Both the position numbers and the translations under genes were made by a program. Below are positions 54,097 through 64,000 of a stretch of 64,000 nucleotides of DNA, one piece after another. Every line of letters begins with the position of its first letter. Position 1 is the stretch's first letter. The stretch lies in the NCBI RefSeq assembly GCF_009914755.1, contig NC_060940.1; one strand, 5' to 3'. The DNA comes from the human T2T-CHM13v2.0 reference genome, Homo sapiens. The notes beneath the pieces were generated by a model. That model saw only the letters and a program-made list of their open reading frames with translations, ran no database searches and was not told the DNA's origin.

Positions 54097-55068
54097 CTAG
54101 GGCCGGGCCCCGGGGCTGTTGTAGAGCAGAGTGTCCATCTGTGCACGCTGTAGCCACAAGCGCCGCTGGGCGTCGCCAAGCAGCACACGCAGCGAGTGGC
54201 CTGGACGGCAGGCGGGCAGGGCTGCACAGTGGGCAGCATGCAGCTGGCGACAGGTGTCGCAGCAGAGGGTGGGCAGGGCGCCAGGGGACAGGCAGCTGTG
54301 TGCCTGGTAGCCTGGGGGCTCCGAGACAGACCTATAGGCTGAGGCTGGTACCCCCTCTGCCCGAATACGCCTCGGGCTGGCCGCTGCAGAGCTTTCAGGG
54401 GTGGCCAGGTCCCCAGGCCTACTCAGCTCACGGCGCAGAGAGAGGAAGGAGAAGGCGGAAGGTTCAGGTTCCAGCCCCTCCTCCAAGGCCCCATATGGTG
54501 GGCTGCTGGCCTGCGGCAGCTCCTCAGCTGGGGGCTCCCAGGCCCGGCCCCCAGTGCCCCACAGTTTGGCACTCTGCTCCCAGAGTGGTGGCCTGTAGGC
54601 CAGCTCCGCCGGGGGCGAGTCAGGGCCTGGTGACGGCTCCCCATACAGGCTGGCGTCCTCCGACCCCTCGTCTTCCTGCAAGTCCCGGTATAAGTCCAGT
54701 GGGGCCCTGTAAGCAGCAGGGGAGCCTCGGGGGGGCAGGGGTGGCGGCTCCTCATCCTGGGCCAGCCGCTGCTGCAGCCAGGCCACACAGGAGGCCACGT
54801 CCCCGCTGGCACGCCGTGCCTGCAGCAGCTCCTCAGCTGGCAGCACACTGGTGCCCAGCTGGGCCAGCACCTCACCCAGGATCTCACACTCCAGCCGGAG
54901 GGCGAAGCAGCCCAGGGCCACCTGCACCAGCTGGCAGGCGGGGGGCAGGGCGGTCACCATGAGCCGATGGCTGTCTCTGCGTACGTAGCCCATCTTCTGG
55001 AAGCTCTTCAGGAGGAGGTCGTCTGAGAGCACACCCTTCAGCACGTGCACGTAGCCCCCAGAGAAGGT
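54097..55068 (-). CDS. SPATA2L: SPATA2L last coding exon (TFSGGYVHVLK...CCDTCRQLHAAHC...PGARP*)
   Basis: 972 nt; CAG acceptor; C-terminal Cys/His zinc-finger-like motif of the SPATA2 family. Confidence 0.95.
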   Translation of the reverse strand, partial: TFSGGYVHVLKGVLSDDLLLKSFQKMGYVRRDSHRLMVTALPPACQLVQVALGCFALRLECEILGEVLAQLGTSVLPAEELLQARRASGDVASCVAWLQQRLAQDEEPPPLPPRGSPAAYRAPLDLYRDLQEDEGSEDASLYGEPSPGPDSPPAELAYRPPLWEQSAKLWGTGGRAWEPPAEELPQASSPPYGALEEGLEPEPSAFSFLSLRRELSRPGDLATPESSAAASPRRIRAEGVPASAYRSVSEPPGYQAHSCLSPGALPTLCCDTCRQLHAAHCAALPACRPGHSLRVLLGDAQRRLWLQRAQMDTLLYNSPGARP

Positions 55069-55236
55069 CTGCAAGGGAGCGGCCAGGTCAGTGACTGCCC
55101 ACCCTCCCATAGGCCAGACCCTAGGGTACAGTGGGTCCGGGATCTGTTGGCTCAGGCCTTGGCAGCTTCTGATGCTCAGACCCAACCCCAGAGACTAGGC
55201 TTAGCCAGCTTGGGCCAGGCCCAAACATGATGATTT

Positions 55237-56612
<1,376 letters not shown>

Positions 56613-57691
56613 GGCTGAGTGCTTTCTAGCCTACACTTAGGTGAAGAACTAAAGGAGCTCAGGACAATCACTGCGAGCGTCTCCTGACTCTCAAATTCCC
56701 TAACTCCGGGACTCCTAGCATCTAATGCCTGGACACGGCCCACGTGTGGAGCGCCCAGTGCCTGCAGCACTGAGCTCGGGGCTTTGATTCATTCCTCTGG
56801 CCCCATGAACTGGACTGTTCCCGTGTCGCTGTCTCAGGAGGAAAGGGGCTGACAGAGATTAGCTAATTTGGCCAAGTCCTCGCGGCCAGGAAGCAGCAGA
56901 ACTAAGTCCAAACCAGGGCTGTCCGGCACTGAAGCCGGTTATTCCCCCGCCCCGCCCCCTGGGAGGCCTCAAGGGCGGGCCTGTCCGTCCTCTCTCATGA
57001 ATGAAAGTCCTGGCGCCTCCGACCAGCAGGTGTCCCCGGGGAGCCGCGGAGAGACTGCCGCTGCCATGGCAACCGGCGGAGGCGTAGCTCGCCCACGTGC
57101 CCAGTGACGTCATCGGCTTCCTACTCTTCCGAATTAGCTCAGAGCTCCCGGCGGCCCTGCCCCCTCCTGCCGCCAGGAGCTCACCTGGAGAGGCCAGGCC
57201 AGCCCTGGGCACAGCCTCCCGCCCCAGGCCGTGGAGTTCACTAGGTCTGAGCCCAGCCCTGAGACTTCACAGGGATGCACCCATCTGCAGTCCTCCCAGC
57301 CTCGGCGGCCTCCTCTGCAAATGGGATTGGCCCATAACCTGGAGGAATTAGGATGACCATGGGAACTCAAGTCCCTTCTGTGCCCCCGTCCTAAGATTTC
57401 CATGGCAACTGGGGCCGCGAGGCCTCTTAGGGAAGACACTGACGCAAGCTCTCAGGGCAGGACCCCGTAGGCAGCACCCAAGCCTGCCCTCGCCCACCCC
57501 ATGTTCTCAGCCCTAGGAGTGGGTGCCCCCACACGCCCACGACCCCTCAGCGCTCGGAGCCTTGAGGAGCCCACCAGGCACTGAGGACACTTGAAGCCCC
57601 TCTCTCTCGAAAGGCGTGGTCCCCCATGGTCGGCGGCCCCGCGACCCGCAGGCCAGGACGAGGGGCGCGCTCCTCCTGGCCTGGCGCCTAC

Positions 57692-57994
57692 CTTGATGGT
57701 GGTGAACTCCTTCCTCCAGGGCAGCAGGTACAGGTGCACCGCGGCGAGCTCCAGAAGCTCGAAGGCGCGAGCCAGGCCGCGTAGCGCGGGCGCCAGGTCG
57801 GCGCGGCCCCACAGCCCGTCGGTGAGCAGAGCCAGCGCGTCGTCCTGCAGCGCCCCGTGCAGGTCGAAGTCCTCCACCAGGATCTGCCAGAGCACCGCGC
57901 GCAGCGAGGGGTCCCCGCACACGCCCGCGCGGCCCCGTCGCAGCTCGCGCTCCAGGCACTGGCGGTAGTCCTCGGACAGCGAGCTGCTGCCCAT
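57692..57994 (-). CDS. SPATA2L: SPATA2L first coding exon (MGSSSLSEDYRQCLERE...PWRKEFTTIK; PUB-like domain)
   Basis: 303 nt; AAG|GTAGGC donor; 303+972 = 1275 nt = 424 aa. Confidence 0.95.
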
Positions 57995-58389
57995 CCTGCG
58001 GCGGACGGGGGTCGGGGGGGTCAGGGACCTAAGGCCGCGCCCAGCCCGCCGCGCTCTCCCCGAACCCTCACCCAGCGTCCCCAGGACCCCTCGAGCCTGG
58101 AGACCCCGCCCCCAGCGGCTGGGCGCCCCCGGTATCTTCGGCACCCCCTACGCTGGAGACCTCGGCCCCATCAGCTGCCCGCCCACCCAGCGATCCAGGC
58201 CCCTCCAGTTGAGCGCCCCCGCACCTCCAGCCCCTCCCTCCAGCCTGGGTACCTCGGCCTTCCAGGGGCGCCCCCGGTTATCGACCGCACCCTTCTCTAG
58301 AGACGCGCTTCCGCCCGCTGAGCCCTCTCCCGACCAGAGCCCCTTCGCCCGGCAGATGGAGCTGCGGATCCCGCGGGTGACGGCGCTAC

Positions 58390-58720
58390 CTGTCTGTCCC
58401 CAGCGGTCTCCGGCCGCCGCGGATCAGTTCGGGCCTCCCCGCGCGCCGCGCGCTTCCGCCGGGAGTCGGCTCCGCCCGGGGTCCGCGGCCGTGACGCTGG
58501 GGGCGGGGCGGGGCTTGGCGCAGGCCCCGCCTCCGAATAATTTAGGAGGGGCGGGGCCTGGTGAAAGGGGAGGAGGAGGTGTCAGCCCGGCCGAGCCCCT
58601 GCGCGAGGCACCCCGAGAGCCTCCTGTCACCGCGTCGCCCGTCTCCTCGCGGGACCGGTATCGTTCACGACGCCGCTGGGCCGAGGGCTGCGGGCTCATG
58701 GCAGGCGCTCAGGGAACGTT
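58390..58720 (-). promoter_or_regulatory. SPATA2L: SPATA2L CpG-island promoter and probable non-coding exon 1 (donor CAG|GTAGCG at 58390/58389)
   Basis: GC boxes, ETS-like cttccg, high CpG; the acceptor lies 1 nt before the ATG, implying an upstream exon. Confidence 0.65.
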
Positions 58721-59516
58721 GTGCCTGGGCCGCTCCTCCCCACGAGACAGGGACCCAGCCCCAGGCGACCCGGCCGCGGGGAAGCAGGTGCGCGGGCTCG
58801 TCCCCTGGGGGGTGGGGCCACCGGCATTACCTGGCGGGGATTGGCTGGATCCTGGGAAGAGCCTTTCCTGCGGGGCGGGGCCACCTGCATTACCTGGCGG
58901 GGATTGGCCGGATCCGGGGGCGGGCCTCCCCTGTGGGGCGGGGCCATCCCCTTGAGGGAGGGGCCCGCGGCACGGAAGGTGGGCGGAAGGACAAGCCTTT
59001 CAGACTCGTCTGAAACAGCAGCCTCAGGTGGATGCGGGGACCTCAGATTCTGTTTATGCTGGCTCCGCTTCCCGGCCTCCTGCACTTGCCATCTGCAGCC
59101 CTTGAGAGCATCGTCTGGGCGGGTCTCTGAGGCAGGGCGAAGCCGCCCCCCTCTCTAGGCTAAAAGCTGACCTGGGCTGCGGATCCACCCAGGCTAAATC
59201 TGGGCCACGACTTCCCGGGGACGTTTTCTTCGCTCGGGTTCCTCTGTTCTGTGCTACAGCCACTTTCTCGCATTGCCCAGAAGTAGAGGAGGATGAGGGA
59301 GACCCTTGGAGGTCCCAGCCGAAACCCACCCCTACCCCACACCCCCGCTTTGGGCAGGCTTTGCTACTTCACGTCTGTGTCCCTCATCTCTCCAGGCCAC
59401 CAAAACCAAGGCCCAAGTTTGTTGAAACTTTCCCTGGGCCTGGGCGGCGAGGTCCCCCCTTTTTCTTAGATTTTTTACCTGGAAGTTCCCTGCTGGCATC
59501 TTAGAAATAGTGATCA

Positions 59517-59846
<330 letters not shown>

Positions 59847-60200
59847 CTAGGTGGCCACCTCTGGACAGGGAGCTCTTTTACTTACTGTTTACTGAACTCA
59901 CTCTTGGTGCCCAGTGCCACCATGGGTCCACACCAGTCCTCAGGACAGCTAACTTCGTAAGTCTCATCTTTATTCTTCTTCTGATGCGGAGGAGGGTGGA
60001 GGTAACTGTTCTGCCTTTGTCCTCACTGAATTTGGCAACACCAGTCCATCCATCCAGCAGTGGGCCTAGCTCTCCTCCAATAGGCCTGGGTGGGTTTTTG
60101 CACCTGCCTCAACCCATGGAATAGAACTGATGTGGAATGAATTCCAAGGCTAAATCATAAACATGCCATACCCTGGCCTTGTCTTGAGATCCTTGGCCTC

Positions 60201-60550
60201 TGACATGGTTTGGTTCTGTATCCACACCCAAAATCTCATCTTGAATTGTAATCCCACAGGTCTGGAGCAGGACCAGGTGGAGATAATTAAATCTTGGGGG
60301 CAGCTTCCTCCATGCTGTTCTCGTGATAGTGAATTCCACGAGATCCGATGGTTTTATAAGGGGTTCTCCCCTTTGTTCAGTGCTCATTCTCGCTCCTGTC
60401 GCCCTGTGAGGAGACGCCTTCTGCCATGATTGTGAGTTTGCTGAGGCCTTCCCCAGCCATGCGGAACTGTGAGTCAATTAAACGTCTTTTCTTTATAAAT
60501 TATCCAGCCTCAGGCAGCTATTTACAGCAGCATGGGGACGGACTAACACA
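60201..60550 (+). mobile_element. THE1/MST-family MaLR solo LTR
   Basis: Starts tgacatggtttggttctgt...aaatctcatcttgaattgtaatccc, ends ggactaacaca. Confidence 0.78.
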
Positions 60551-60639
60551 CCCTCAGAACCCAGCCACTAGAGTGAGAAGGCCACGGCCGTGTGCAGAGC
60601 TTTTGGCCTGCAACTTCGACCTGCGACTCACATTCACCT

Positions 60640-61340
<701 letters not shown>

Positions 61341-61487
61341 ATCCAGTCCTCACGTCGTCGTTCCGACAGCCCTGAATGAGGTCCCAGCCGACAGCTGGCA
61401 CCAACCATAGACAGCAGACAGCTCTTCGGATGAATCCAACCCCTGGTCATTGGGTTACCACCTAGAAACAGCCTCCCATGATGCTGA

Positions 61488-62816
<1,329 letters not shown>

Positions 62817-63889
62817 ATTTGTAGGATTTCTAAAAGGAAGCTGCTATTATTCATTCCTGTCTTATGGGGGAGCTGCAGGCTCAGCGAGGGCAAAGCTGCA
62901 CAGCAAACAGCAGCACTTGAACATGTCTGCCGGGTCTCAGCGCCAGGGATACAGCTGAGCCAGGACGTTCCCAGCCCCCACAGTGTGCAGGCTGCAGGTG
63001 TGGCCCCGATGCCAAGCCAGCAGGGGCTCCCACGCCAGGATTTGTTCAAGACACAGCTCATCTCCACCATTCTATGAAGCGGACTTTAAAATCCCATCTT
63101 CTACACACCAACGCTGAGGCCGGAGCAGCCCAAGCTCCAAGGCACCGTGGCCAGCTGGGGTTCGTATCGAGGGCTGGGGCAGATGCTCCAGCTCTGCCCC
63201 ACCCAGAGAGACACTTCTGTCTCCCTATGGGGTCCTTGGCGGGTAAACCAGCCCCTGCTGAGGGTGCAAGCACAGAGCATCCCACCGAGGTCCACAGCTA
63301 CTGCTTTTAAGACTGTTTCCCTGAGAACAGCAACACTGCCCCCCAGCCAGCTCCTGGTAGCATCTAGGGTTGGGACCTCCCACCCCACCAGCCCTGCCAC
63401 CTGCCTCCTCATGGCATCTCAAGGTGCCAGGGGTGCCTTTCTTGCAGAAGAGCCCTCCATCCTGATCTGCCCACACCGCCCTGGCAGATGCTGTCCACGC
63501 CCGGCAGCCTTCTGTGCACCTCAGAGCATGTGTGTGTCGCCATGCACAGAACGATGATTCCTGAGACCCTCGGGTGACTGCTCTGGGCTCAGGTCCCCAG
63601 TGATGACCTGGACCCCAGCCTCACCCCACCCTTCCCACCCACTGATGCCCTGCAGAGCTCTCCTGTCCAAGAGGGTGAAGCCCACACCTGCCTGGCCAGG
63701 CACAGCCCCAAGAGGACCCTGCTTCTATGCAGAGGGTCTCGGAGGCTGGCAGATGTTCAAGAGGTTGGGCCAGGCTTGGTTTGGGGCTGGGCTGTGGCTC
63801 GTCCCCCACATCCTCAGCGGCCTCTGCCATGGGCAGCAGGGGTGGTTGTGCTGCCTGGCCAGTGGGGTGGGGATTGAGGGAGCCACACG

Positions 63890-64000
63890 GCGAAGCACAG
63901 CAGTGAGCTCTTTATTTTAGGCTGGGTGGGGGCAGCATGTGACAGTCAAGAGGGCTGACCCTTGGGCTGCACGGACCTAGATAAGATGCCCAGGGTCCCG
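63890..64000 (-). other. VPS9D1: Probable 3' UTR end of the next minus-strand gene (VPS9D1 by recalled synteny), with AATAAA at 63911-63916
   Basis: tttatt on the + strand; the gene identity comes only from recalled gene order, as no coding sequence is in the window. Confidence 0.5.

Noticed and set aside
54141-54962. 273-aa + strand ORF antisense to SPATA2L
   Set aside because: It is a shadow ORF of a GC-rich coding exon, with a non-ATG start and no independent support.
58209-58955. 248-aa ORF over the SPATA2L promoter
   Set aside because: CpG-island stop scarcity, a non-ATG start and a Pro/Gly/Ala-rich translation.

Overview
This is human (or closely related primate) genomic DNA: GC-rich, Alu-dense, and recognisable as the 16q24.3 gene cluster. 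Four spliced protein-coding genes can be rebuilt exon by exon with GT-AG boundaries and correct lengths. CHMP1A (minus strand, 7 exons, 196 aa) sits head-to-head with SPATA33 (plus strand, two alternative first exons, 139/140 aa) across a shared CpG-island promoter. CDK10 (plus strand, 13 exons, 360 aa) sits tail-to-tail with SPATA2L (minus strand, 424 aa). A minus-strand poly(A) signal at the far right probably marks the VPS9D1 3' end. The rest is dozens of Alus, an L1PA 3' fragment with a twin-priming micro-inversion, solo LTR13 and LTR3 elements with 6-bp TSDs, a degraded MER4-group ERV1 region, MaLR LTRs and many minisatellites. I see no unambiguous new gene. The best candidates for hidden function are: (i) two tandem repeats that read as arrays of 5' splice sites, one in CHMP1A intron 1 and one on the divergent strand upstream of CDK10; (ii) a 20-nt CHMP1A micro-exon acting as a frame switch to a fully open 240-aa second reading frame; (iii) a first-exon-dependent recursive splice site and an N-myristoylation switch in SPATA33; (iv) a 2-kb CpG-dense 42-bp VNTR in CHMP1A intron 4. 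Repeat subfamily names are from recognition, not from a database search.
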